Shown piece by piece: positions 55,399-64,000 of a stretch of 64,000 nucleotides of DNA. Location: the NCBI GenBank assembly GCA_902771735.1, contig CACXXO010000010.1:4056-68055 (forward strand), written 5' to 3'. How positions within the stretch are numbered: the stretch's first letter is position 1; each line of letters begins with the position of its first letter. A program made the position numbers and the translations under genes. This stretch comes from an uncultured Bacteroidota bacterium (GTDB lineage: Bacteria; Bacteroidota; Bacteroidia; Bacteroidales; P3). The notes beneath the pieces were generated by a model, which saw only the letters and a list, made by a program, of their open reading frames with translations, did no database searches and was not told the origin of the DNA.

Positions 55399-56106
55399 TT
55401 ATTTACTTATCAGGGTGCCGATTTCGTCTCCTTCTACCACCTTCAGCAGGTTGCCCGGACGGTTCATGTCGAAGACGTAGATGGGCAGGTTGTTGTCCTC
55501 GGCGAGGGCGAAGGCGGTGAGATCCATGATTTTCAGCTTCTTTTCCAGCGCCTCGCTGTAGGTGAGGGTCTGGTATTTGGTGGCCGTGGGGTCTTTCTCG
55601 GGGTCGGCGGTGTAGACGCCGTCCACGCGCGTCCCTTTCAGTATGACATCGGCCATGATTTCGATGGCGCGGAGGGTCGAGGCGGTGTCGGTGGTGAAGA
55701 AGGGGTTGCCTGTGCCGCCGCCAATGATGACCACCTTGCCGGCCTGCATGGCCTCGATGGCGCGTCGACGGCTCATCTCCTTGCAGATAGGCTCGATGGC
55801 GAGGCCGCTGAGCAACTCGGTCTTGATGCCTTGCTTCTCCAGCTCGGCCTGCAGGGCCATGCTGTTGATAAGAGTGGCCATCATCCCCATATAGTCGCCC
55901 TGCACACGGTCCATACCCTTGGCGGCGCCGCTGAGGCCGCGGAAGATGTTGCCGCCGCCGATGACGATGGCTACCTCGCAACCTTTCTCCACCGCTCCTT
56001 TGATGTCGGCGGCATATTGGGTCAACATGTCGGGGCTGATGCCGTAGCTCTGGCTCCCCATCAACGATTCTCCGCTCAGTTTGAGCAATATTCTTCTGTA
56101 TTTCAT
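55399..56106 (-). CDS. pyrH: UMP kinase
   Basis: MKYRRILLKLSGESLMG...VIGGGNIFRG...TTDTASTLRA. Confidence 0.93.
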   Translation of the reverse strand: MKYRRILLKLSGESLMGSQSYGISPDMLTQYAADIKGAVEKGCEVAIVIGGGNIFRGLSGAAKGMDRVQGDYMGMMATLINSMALQAELEKQGIKTELLSGLAIEPICKEMSRRRAIEAMQAGKVVIIGGGTGNPFFTTDTASTLRAIEIMADVILKGTRVDGVYTADPEKDPTATKYQTLTYSEALEKKLKIMDLTAFALAEDNNLPIYVFDMNRPGNLLKVVEGDEIGTLISK

Positions 56107-56214
56107 AATTCTAACGTGTTGCTGTTTAATGTCTTGCTTGATTATTCAATCTGAATTGAAACAACAAAAATAGGTATTTTCATCCTATTTTGCAAATAAA
56201 AAATAAATATTTTC

Positions 56215-56330
56215 GCTTTATCATCACCCTATCAACTCCTACCGCAGTAGGAGTTGGGTAGGAGATGGGTAGGACATGGTTAGGAGTTGGGAAAGAGTTG
56301 GTAGTTGCTTGGTACTGATTTATAGGTAGA
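56215..56330. repeat. 11-nt periodic element R4 with unequal arms
   Basis: Stem caactcctac (56233-56242), loop cgca, gtaggagttg (56247-56256). The right arm continues as six tandem 11-nt units (gtaggagttgg, gtaggagatgg, gtaggacatgg, ttaggagttgg, gaaagagttgg, tagttgcttgg; 56247-56312). The left arm has only about two units. Confidence 0.85.
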
Positions 56331-56355
56331 TATGATGCTGGTTTTCAGGGTGTTT

Positions 56356-57048
56356 TTACTGTCCTGCAACAGAAAGTGTTGCGATGCTGATTTTCAGATT
56401 GTTGACGCGGGAAAGGACTTCGCAGCAGCTGACGAGGGTGGCACCGGTGGTGAGGACGTCGTCGACCAGCAGGATGTGTTTCCCGGTGAGCTCGTCGGGA
56501 TGATGGAGGCGGAAAGCATCCTTGACGTTTTCCTCGCGATCGGCGGCGGCCTGGAGGCTTTGTTCGTGGGTGTAGCGGTGGCGCACCAGGGTGCGTGTGT
56601 TAATGGGGCGGTTCATTATCTGAGAGATACCGCGACAGAGGAGTTCGCTCTGGTTGTAGCCACGTTGCAGGCGGCGGCGCCAGTGCAAGGGGACTGGTAC
56701 CAGGAGGTCGATGTCGTCGAAACGGCCTGACTGGAGCAGCTCCAATCCCATCTGACGGCCCATGAAAAGACACAAGTCGCTGTTGCCGTGGAACTTCATG
56801 GAATGAATGACTTGTTGCACGGTGTTGCCTTGCCGGAATACGAAAATAGAAGTGGCTTTATGCAACGGAATGCGGCCGGTGAGCAGGCGCTCGGTGCGGT
56901 TGTCGTCGTGGGCGGTGTAGAGGGTGGCGGTGAGATTGGACAAACAGTTGATACAGATTTGGTTCTCGCCAGCCATCAGCACATCGCCGCAGCAGGCGCA
57001 GGTGCTGGGAAAAAGGGTTTGGATGAGGTTGCGGAAAAAGGCGTTCAT
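56356..57048 (-). CDS. comF: ComF family protein (PRTase-like)
   Basis: N-terminal Cys pairs CACCG...CINC. PRPP-type motif ILLVDDVLTTGATL. Confidence 0.78.
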   Translation of the reverse strand: MNAFFRNLIQTLFPSTCACCGDVLMAGENQICINCLSNLTATLYTAHDDNRTERLLTGRIPLHKATSIFVFRQGNTVQQVIHSMKFHGNSDLCLFMGRQMGLELLQSGRFDDIDLLVPVPLHWRRRLQRGYNQSELLCRGISQIMNRPINTRTLVRHRYTHEQSLQAAADREENVKDAFRLHHPDELTGKHILLVDDVLTTGATLVSCCEVLSRVNNLKISIATLSVAGQ

Positions 57049-57054
57049 GGCTGC

Positions 57055-58269
57055 TCAGGGTAAGAAGAGGCAGCTGTCGCCATAGCTGAGGAAACGGAAC
57101 TGGTGGTCGAGGGCGTAGCGGTAGCACTCGTGCCAGCGGTCGCCGATGAGGGCGGAGACCAGAAGCAGCAGCGTGCTCTTGGGCTGGTGGAAGTTGGTGA
57201 CCAATCCGTTGATGACTCGGTACTGATAGCCAGGAGCTATCATGAGTTGTGTGGCACCGTCGAGACGGTCGGTGTCACGTTTTTGCATCCATTGGAGGAT
57301 GTTGCTATAGGCTTCGGCATAGCCGAGGCTGTGGGTGTCAAGCTCGTAGGGATCCCATTGGCGGACGTGCATGTGGTCGAGGTCGGGGTTGGCATCGAGT
57401 TGAACACCGAACCAGTAGAGGCTCTCGAGGGTACGCACGGTGGTGGTGCCCACGGCGATGAGTGGGCGACCCTGGTGGGCGATGAGGCGGCGCAGATTGT
57501 CGGCGGTGACATGCACTGGCTCGATGTGCATCTCGTGCTCGCCGATGGTGGGGGTGGAGACTGGCTTGAAGGTGCCGGCGCCGACATGCAGGGTGATGTA
57601 TTCGGTGCCGATGCCGCGCTCTTTCAGCGCATTGAACACTTCGGGTGTGAAGTGGAGACCTGCCGTTGGGGCGGCCACAGAGCCGTCGTGGTGAGCATAG
57701 ACGGTCTGGTAGCGGGTGGCGTCGCTGGCCTCGGCTTCGCGGTGGAGGTAGGGTGGCAGGGGGATGACGCCGGCGGCCTCGATGACCTCGGCGAAGCTCT
57801 GTCCGCCGGTCCACTCAAAGTCGACAATCCAGGCGTTGCCTACGGCCTCGCGGCGGGTGGCCGTGAGCGTGGACTCGGCGGCGCCGAGACTTACTGTCAA
57901 CGACAGGGAACCGCATTTCCACTTCTTGTTGTTACCGATGAAGCATGTCCAAGTGCAACGCTCGCGCTGCTCAAAGGCTTGGACGACAGGCATGTTGTGG
58001 GGTTCGAGGCAGAAGACCTCGATGACGGCACCGGTCTCTTTATGGAAGAAGAGGCGCGCGTGGATGACCTTGGTGTCGTTGAAACAGAGCAGGGTGTCGC
58101 TCGGCAGCAACGAGGGAAGGTCGTAGAAATGATGTTCAGAGATGTTATTCCCTTTGAGATAGAGCAGCTTGGAGTGGTCGCGCTGTTCCATGGGGAACTT
58201 GGCGATGCGCTCGTCGGGCAGGGGATAGTCGTAGTCGTCGATGCGGATGTTCTTCAGCTCACTCAGCAT
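57055..58269 (-). CDS. queA: S-adenosylmethionine:tRNA ribosyltransferase-isomerase
   Basis: DDYDYPLPDERIAKFP...HSKLL... and PLPPYL, AAPTAGLHFT, VGTTTVRTLES motifs. Confidence 0.88.
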   Translation of the reverse strand: MLSELKNIRIDDYDYPLPDERIAKFPMEQRDHSKLLYLKGNNISEHHFYDLPSLLPSDTLLCFNDTKVIHARLFFHKETGAVIEVFCLEPHNMPVVQAFEQRERCTWTCFIGNNKKWKCGSLSLTVSLGAAESTLTATRREAVGNAWIVDFEWTGGQSFAEVIEAAGVIPLPPYLHREAEASDATRYQTVYAHHDGSVAAPTAGLHFTPEVFNALKERGIGTEYITLHVGAGTFKPVSTPTIGEHEMHIEPVHVTADNLRRLIAHQGRPLIAVGTTTVRTLESLYWFGVQLDANPDLDHMHVRQWDPYELDTHSLGYAEAYSNILQWMQKRDTDRLDGATQLMIAPGYQYRVINGLVTNFHQPKSTLLLLVSALIGDRWHECYRYALDHQFRFLSYGDSCLFLP

Positions 58270-58999
58270 GTTTCTTTTGCGTGATGGCGGAAAGGATGAT
58301 ATACCACAAAATGATGAGCGAGATGGCGTACCACTGGCGGGCGATACCGATGATCAAAGCGCATCCGATGAGGAAGATATACTGTACGGCATTGCTCTTC
58401 CACCCCAGCTCTTTAAAATTGATTTTCAGTGAGAACATAGGCATCTCGGAGACCATCAGGATATTGGTGGTGAGGGAAATGATAACCAAGGCGATAAGGA
58501 AGGGCGTATTGTCAAAGGGACCATTCCACTCGAGGAAGCAGCAAGTGCCGAGGGGGCAGGCGTAGAGTGCCAGTCCGGCCCAGATGAGGGCATTGGCGGG
58601 GACGGGAAGACCGAGGAAGGAATGGCTCTGGCGTGTATCAATGTTGAATTTTGCCAGACGGTAGGCAGCAAAAAGAGGAATGAGGAATGCGGAGAAAGCA
58701 AGGATATCCATCACAGGGTCCTTCATATAGCCGTTGTGCGCGTCGAGGAGGTGGAAAACGATGAATCCGGGAGCCACGCCGCTGGTGACCACATCGGCCA
58801 GCGAATCGAGCTCCTTCCCCAGCGGAGAGGTCACTCCCAACAGACGTGCCGCCAAGCCGTCGAAGAAGTCAAGGAAGATGCCTCCGCAGATAAAGAGTGC
58901 GGCGACGCCCACCTCGCCAGTGACAGCGAAGGCGGTTGCCAATACGCCGCACAGCAGGTTGCCGAGGGTGATGAGGTTGGGAATCTGGCGTTTGATCAT
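58259..58999 (-). CDS. pssA: CDP-diacylglycerol--serine O-phosphatidyltransferase (CDP-alcohol phosphatidyltransferase family)
   Basis: DFFDGLAARLLGVTSPLGKELDSLAD matches DGx2ARx8Gx3Dx3D. Multi-TM protein. Confidence 0.82.
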   Translation of the reverse strand: MIKRQIPNLITLGNLLCGVLATAFAVTGEVGVAALFICGGIFLDFFDGLAARLLGVTSPLGKELDSLADVVTSGVAPGFIVFHLLDAHNGYMKDPVMDILAFSAFLIPLFAAYRLAKFNIDTRQSHSFLGLPVPANALIWAGLALYACPLGTCCFLEWNGPFDNTPFLIALVIISLTTNILMVSEMPMFSLKINFKELGWKSNAVQYIFLIGCALIIGIARQWYAISLIILWYIILSAITQKKHAE

Positions 59000-59002
59000 C
59001 GC

Positions 59003-60871
59003 TTACCAAAGCTTGATGATGAGACGGAACTCTTCGTCGTCCCAGTACTCGCGGAACTCGGTGTCGACGGCGGCTTTGCGCTTGTAGTCGTACTTGTCGT
59101 CGATGGCGGCCTTGAGGTTCTTGAGGCAGTTGGTCTTGTCGCCGAGGCGGGCGTAGCAGACTGCGCGGAGGTAGTTGACGTCGGCGTTCTGGTCAAGGCA
59201 GCAGTTGAGGGTGCGGATGGCGGTGCCGGTCTCGTCGTTCATCAGCTGGGCAAAGGCCAGGTTGTAGGTGCAGGTGTTGCCTTTGAGGGTCTTCTGGGCC
59301 TCGGTGTAGTTGCCGCGCTTGAGGTTGAGGATGGGGATGTTGACATCGGCGTCGGAACTACCCTGACGTTTGGCTTCTTCGAAGTAGTATTTGGCCAATG
59401 CATAGTCCTTTTTGGCAAGGAAGAGCAGGCCGGTGTTGTTGAGCACGTCGGGATTGTGGGGGTTGAGGTCGCGGGCCACATTGAGGTAGCGCTCAGCCTC
59501 GTCGATGGAGTCGAGATAGAAGGCCACGGCACCGGCGTTGTTCCAAGCGGCCCATTCTTGCGGGTGGTTCTCGGTGGCCCATTTGTAGTATTTCAGCTTG
59601 GTGTCGTAGTTGTAGTTGATATAAGCGGCATACATCAGCTCGTCGAACGAGAGTTTGGCGGGATTGAGGGAAGCCAGTTTGGCCAGCTCGGGGTCGGTTT
59701 TGCGGGCTTCGCTGTAGTAGAGGGCAATCTGGGCACGGCGCAGGTTGGGGAAGATTTCATCTTTCAGTTCGTCGTAGGTCTCGGCCATATTGCGAATCAT
59801 CTGCTCGCGTTTCAGTACATTCTGCTGGGTCTCAACGATGTTGATGATAGCATGTTTGTCTTGGATGTCAGAGGCCTCGACCATCACCACGAAGTGCACC
59901 CAGTCTTCGCCGGCGGCACGGTTGGTGATGATGAGTTTCTTGAGTTGCTGGTATTTGTAGTATTCCACATCCTGGGGTTTCACTTTGGCACGGCGAGCCA
60001 TGACGGTGAGCACCTCGTCGAGGATCTTGTTGAGTTGGGCGGTGGCTACGTCGGCGCGGTTCTTCGATACACCCACGTTGTTGGTTTCTTCGCCTTCGGG
60101 CGAGGCCCAGCCGGTGATGCTGATTTGCTTGGGCAACCCCTGTTCGAGCATGATGCGTTTGAGGTTGAGGTAGGTGTTGTAACAATCGAACTTGCGATTC
60201 ATGTAGAAATCCCAGTCGAGGTCGGAGGTGCCGTTGAGGAAGTAGATGTCGGCGGTTTCGACGATGCCCTGGCTCTTGTTGTAGTTGATGGGGGCGATGG
60301 AGATGTTGCCCTTGATGTCGACCCAGGAGGAGGTGTTGTTCACGCCGTCGGAAAGGAGGACGGTGGTGAAGGGCTCGCCTTGGTTGGTGTGGATGACATC
60401 TTCCATGAAGCGGGCGTCCTCATTGGTGTGGCCTGCCTTGTAACCCACAGGCGTAAGGGTGACGCGGCCGGTTTCCATGCCGGGTTTGAAGTCGAACATG
60501 TCGCTATAGGTGAAGCGGCCGCCCTTGGCATAGTTGATGATGGTGCCGTCGCCGTCCACGCGCTCACCTTTGAGGGTGATGGGCTCCAGCGGTATGTCGC
60601 CGCCTTCCCACGAGAATACAGGCTGGATGAACATGGCGCAGCCTTTGTCGAAGTATTTCTCGGGAATCTGACCCGTGAATTTTACCACGACTTTGTCGTC
60701 CATGGTCTCCACTGGATTGGGGTTGGCCTGGTAGCGCACTTTGTTGCTCTTGGATTTCATTTTCGACAGTCCGCCGCAGCCGGTGAGCAGCACCGATGCG
60801 AGCATCAGGACAAAAAATGTTCTTCTCATTTTTATATTAATATTCTGTTTATATACATGTCTATTAGGCAC
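59003..60871 (-). CDS. lipoprotein with OmpA-like segment and C-terminal TPR repeats
   Basis: Lipobox LLTGC. Contains ISITGWASPEGEETNNVGVSKNRADV (OmpA_C-like). The C-terminal third has TPR-like repeats (AWNNAGAVAFYLDSIDEAERYLNVARDLNP...). An alternative start is at 60829. Confidence 0.55.
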   Translation of the reverse strand: MPNRHVYKQNINIKMRRTFFVLMLASVLLTGCGGLSKMKSKSNKVRYQANPNPVETMDDKVVVKFTGQIPEKYFDKGCAMFIQPVFSWEGGDIPLEPITLKGERVDGDGTIINYAKGGRFTYSDMFDFKPGMETGRVTLTPVGYKAGHTNEDARFMEDVIHTNQGEPFTTVLLSDGVNNTSSWVDIKGNISIAPINYNKSQGIVETADIYFLNGTSDLDWDFYMNRKFDCYNTYLNLKRIMLEQGLPKQISITGWASPEGEETNNVGVSKNRADVATAQLNKILDEVLTVMARRAKVKPQDVEYYKYQQLKKLIITNRAAGEDWVHFVVMVEASDIQDKHAIINIVETQQNVLKREQMIRNMAETYDELKDEIFPNLRRAQIALYYSEARKTDPELAKLASLNPAKLSFDELMYAAYINYNYDTKLKYYKWATENHPQEWAAWNNAGAVAFYLDSIDEAERYLNVARDLNPHNPDVLNNTGLLFLAKKDYALAKYYFEEAKRQGSSDADVNIPILNLKRGNYTEAQKTLKGNTCTYNLAFAQLMNDETGTAIRTLNCCLDQNADVNYLRAVCYARLGDKTNCLKNLKAAIDDKYDYKRKAAVDTEFREYWDDEEFRLIIKLW

Positions 60872-60915
60872 ATAGGTAGACTTTTGTCTGCTGTCTGTGC
60901 CTGTTGTTTAACTTG

Positions 60916-60923
60916 CAAATATA
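60916..60923 (-). promoter_or_regulatory. -7 box TATATTTG for the OmpA/TPR lipoprotein gene
   Basis: The minus strand reads TATATTTG, 45 nt upstream of the ATG at 60871. Confidence 0.4.
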
Positions 60924-60959
60924 TGATTTTTTTTTTGATTGGCGAAAAAAAACTGCTAT

Positions 60960-63779
60960 TTATGGGTTTTGTTGGTTGCTTGAGGGGCAGAAATCCGTCA
61001 CGGGACAGTAGCGACAGGCCTCTTTTGATGGGGTGGGTAGGAAGGGGATGTTGGGGTTCATCAGTTCCTCTATTTTTTCGCGAAGCAATTCTTCGAAACG
61101 GTTGAGTTTTTCTGGGGTGATTTCTTCGGGGGCTCCGCCGTCGCCGCTGTCCCACGTGGCCACCTTGATGTCCGAACGCAGGTTGCGCAAGGGGTAGATG
61201 CCCGATTGGACGGGCTCTGAGGGGTGCTCTTCTCGACAATAGAGCAGTGCATACCACATCAGTTGCAGCCACTTGCCCGGTATTGAGGCGTTTCCGTCGC
61301 TGTAGGTGATTTCTTTCTTCTCGAGACGGCCGGTTTTGTAGTCGATAATGCGCAGGCATCCGTTGAGGTTGTCGGCACGGTCGATGGTGCCCTTGAGGTT
61401 GACTTCCGGTGTAATGGCGTAGGGACCCATCTTTTTCTCCACGGCTTTGACAATCAGTTTGTCCCCTCGATCGATACGGGCTTTCTCCTGCTCGATGATG
61501 TGCTTCAATTGCGATTTTGCCACCGAGTAAAGGAAACGGTTGCGACCCTCGGTGTTGCGTCCTCCAGAGTAAAGCTTCTCGAAAGCGCTGTCCATTATCG
61601 ACGGAAGTTCGTTGAGGGCTTTTGCGAGGGTGTCGGCTTTCAATGTCTGGTTCAGCTGTCCTCCGTAGATTTTTTCCAGCACCTTGTGGATGCAACTGCC
61701 CAGCTGTGAGGCATCGAGGTCTTCGTCGATACCTTTGGCCTCGTCAACTTTCAGTACTCGAGTATAGTAGTATTTCAATGGGCATTCGATGAAGTTGGAG
61801 AAGCCGGTGGGAGCCAGCCCGTCTTTGCCCATCTCAATAAGGCGTTGCATGATGGCGGGTGTCTTTGCCACCTCTTGCCGTGGGGTGCCACCGGCAAGGT
61901 TTGTGTCTGCTTTGACAGTGATGTGGCGCACTTTGATGTTGAACAGAGGTGCCAATTCACACTCCACCTGTCTGACAAAACGACTGGCTTCGCCTTTGCC
62001 CATGCTTTCGCTCTCGGAACTGTAAACCAGATAGACCTCCTCGGCGCGTTGCAACAGGTGATAGAAGTTGTAGGCATAGACGCTGTCTTTTTCCACATAG
62101 GTGGGCAAACCATGCTCTGTCTTGAGGAAGAACGGGATGAGGGTGTTTTCGTTGCGGCCGGCTGGGATGACCCCTTCGTTGGCCGAGAGGAGAATGACAC
62201 GTTTGAAGTCGAGGTTGCGGGTTTCAAGCACACCGAGCACCTGCAGCCCCATCAACGGGTCGCCGATGAGGGAGATGCTGTGGCGCGTGGCTATACGACT
62301 GTAGATTTTCTCCAGCGTGGCTATGTCCCCAACGGTGTCGGGATAGGTGGTCAACAATTCTTCCAGATTGTCGAGCACTTCGGCCAGGCTTCCCATCGAC
62401 AGCTTTTCTTTCGGTGTGGTCTCCAACATGCCGCTGCCGACGATGGCTTTGGCCAGACGGTTCAGCAGCTGCAGGCAGTTGTCGGGCGTGGGAGTCTCGT
62501 CGGGGAAAAGGAAGGCGATTTTTTCGGGCTCTTTGATGCTGGATTTTGCCAACAAGTCTCGAATCTCTACTGTATTGCAGCGGATTAGGCTGTTCGTCCG
62601 CATTACGCGTTCCACGTTGCGTCGCATGTTGGGGGCTTCGAGCAAATGGCTGATGAAACGGTCGGAGAGCACCTCTACGAGGTCGCTGTGATAGTAGCCT
62701 CGCGGGCTGTGCTGCCGATAGAGTGAGAATACTTTCTCCATCAATGCATGCACCATGCTGTCGGCGTAGGCATAACCCATGGTGATGTTGACGTTGTATT
62801 TCTTCCCGATGTCGGGCAGGGCGTTAAGGGTGGGAATGAGCAATTTCTCGTCGGCGAGCACCACGGCAGTGCGTTCGGCCTCCTGTGGGAGGAGCCATTG
62901 GTGATGCTCGGACAGCAGCTGTCCGGCGAACTTGCACTGCAGGATATTCTCCGGGCATTCCACAATGGTGATTACTTTCTTGCAGGTGGCAAAGTGCGAC
63001 GGCCCTTCGGGCATAATCTCAGGGAAGTTCTCCTTGTGTTTTTTCAAGAAACGGCCGGCCTCCTCTTCTTGACAGGGTTCCAGGTAGTAGATGTCGTTGT
63101 CGGTCAGCAGGTGGCCGATGCCGCGACCCACATATTCGCCGATAATCCGTTCCTCGCATTTCGACATGGCATTGAATCCTATGAAATAGACGGCATTGAA
63201 GGCGCAGTCGTTTGCCTTCTCGCCGATGTTCTCGGCCACCAGCCGATAGGCCATGCCGTTGTAGGCCTGCCCTTTTTCCATCAAGCGTTCGCGCAAAAGG
63301 ACATAATATTGGTATAGCGAGCGATAGAAGGCCAGATAGCGCTCTTGGAACTCGGTGGGTTTCGTTCCCTGGATATCCCACTCGCCAATCTCTTTCAGCG
63401 CATGCAGATTGTCGAAAATTTCCTCGGCATTGACCATGTATTGGTCGATCTCCGAGAAATCGCCGATCATCAGGTCACCAAACGAGATGAAATCCTCGAA
63501 GGTTTGGTATTTGCGTTTGTCTCCGCCGATTCTCATGTGGATTTTGTATAGCTCGAACAGCAGAAACTCGTTGGACACAATCTCCAATCCTCCCAACTGC
63601 GAGATCATCTCGTCGATGGTCATGATGTGGGGCAGGAAGGAGGCTTGCCCGAGGGTGTCGAACTGCTTGGTGAAGAATCGCTTCGAACGGTTGTTGTTGA
63701 ACACCACCAGCACCTGGTCGGTGTCTTTGGGATGCTCGCTGACGATGCGTTGAGCTATCTGTTTGAGGAAAGAGTCCAT
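60960..63779 (-). CDS. AddB-like PD-(D/E)XK nuclease family protein
   Basis: 939 aa. The C-terminal nuclease region has GTIDRAD...IIDYKTG and the Fe-S-type Cys cluster CRYCPVTDFC. Confidence 0.72.
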   Translation of the reverse strand: MDSFLKQIAQRIVSEHPKDTDQVLVVFNNNRSKRFFTKQFDTLGQASFLPHIMTIDEMISQLGGLEIVSNEFLLFELYKIHMRIGGDKRKYQTFEDFISFGDLMIGDFSEIDQYMVNAEEIFDNLHALKEIGEWDIQGTKPTEFQERYLAFYRSLYQYYVLLRERLMEKGQAYNGMAYRLVAENIGEKANDCAFNAVYFIGFNAMSKCEERIIGEYVGRGIGHLLTDNDIYYLEPCQEEEAGRFLKKHKENFPEIMPEGPSHFATCKKVITIVECPENILQCKFAGQLLSEHHQWLLPQEAERTAVVLADEKLLIPTLNALPDIGKKYNVNITMGYAYADSMVHALMEKVFSLYRQHSPRGYYHSDLVEVLSDRFISHLLEAPNMRRNVERVMRTNSLIRCNTVEIRDLLAKSSIKEPEKIAFLFPDETPTPDNCLQLLNRLAKAIVGSGMLETTPKEKLSMGSLAEVLDNLEELLTTYPDTVGDIATLEKIYSRIATRHSISLIGDPLMGLQVLGVLETRNLDFKRVILLSANEGVIPAGRNENTLIPFFLKTEHGLPTYVEKDSVYAYNFYHLLQRAEEVYLVYSSESESMGKGEASRFVRQVECELAPLFNIKVRHITVKADTNLAGGTPRQEVAKTPAIMQRLIEMGKDGLAPTGFSNFIECPLKYYYTRVLKVDEAKGIDEDLDASQLGSCIHKVLEKIYGGQLNQTLKADTLAKALNELPSIMDSAFEKLYSGGRNTEGRNRFLYSVAKSQLKHIIEQEKARIDRGDKLIVKAVEKKMGPYAITPEVNLKGTIDRADNLNGCLRIIDYKTGRLEKKEITYSDGNASIPGKWLQLMWYALLYCREEHPSEPVQSGIYPLRNLRSDIKVATWDSGDGGAPEEITPEKLNRFEELLREKIEELMNPNIPFLPTPSKEACRYCPVTDFCPSSNQQNP

Positions 63780-64000
63780 TGTCTTGCGATTTCTAAAGTT
63801 TCAGGTTTCCCCACGTCGAGCCAATGTTCTGCGGGATGAACAAATGCGCCTATGCGTCCGTGGAGTGCCGGTGGCCTGCAGGCACTAATCTTAATATATT
63901 CGTCGATGATGGGGTAGGGGTGGTCGGCCTCGGGAAGTAGCGCAAAGAGCTCGGGACTGACCACGGAGATGCCGCTGAACGCCAAGCCTTCTTCTGCACG
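63755..64000 (-). CDS. nucleotidyltransferase family protein (MurU-like), 3' part only; gene continues beyond the window
   Basis: The frame is open to the window edge. The C-terminus ...GISVVSPELFALLPEADHPYPIIDEYIKI...WLDVGKPETLEIA resembles sugar-1-phosphate nucleotidyltransferases. Confidence 0.45.
   Translation of the reverse strand, partial: RAEEGLAFSGISVVSPELFALLPEADHPYPIIDEYIKISACRPPALHGRIGAFVHPAEHWLDVGKPETLEIARQWTLSSNR

Overview
This is a densely coding chromosomal window of about 58 genes from a Bacteroidota genome. I infer a Bacteroidales or Prevotellaceae-like organism from GldH, T9SS sorting domains, type III glutamine synthetase and TAnnTTTG promoter boxes. Most of it is housekeeping: purF, a disrupted pyrG, glnN, rlmN, PBP1A, gldH, a PSP1 protein, holB, lepA, rimP-nusA-infB-tRNA-Arg, ptb, birA, frr, pyrH, comF, queA, pssA and an AddB-like nuclease.

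The parts worth a second look are listed below.
1. Five intergenic imperfect palindromes are built from 11-nt periodic tandem units. One sits between a promoter-like box and a strong intrinsic terminator, which makes it a candidate small RNA.
2. A translationally coupled PqqD-like / HPr-kinase-like / S24-peptidase-VanZ operon lies next to an FMN-binding exported protein, with no visible precursor peptide.
3. Two paralogous sigma / membrane-anchor / DUF cassettes each precede T9SS cargo. One of them heads an AT-richer island carrying a C10 (streptopain-like) protease.
4. A direct repeat of about 166 bp gives purF and a DUF1846 gene the same 36-aa C-terminus and 3' UTR. The two copies bracket purF-pyrG-glnN.
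5. pyrG carries an internal out-of-frame deletion.
6. A terminator-like hairpin lies in the rimP-nusA-infB leader.

I saw no CRISPR array, integrase, transposase or recognisable defence genes. All family assignments rest on motif and sequence recognition by eye; no searches were run.
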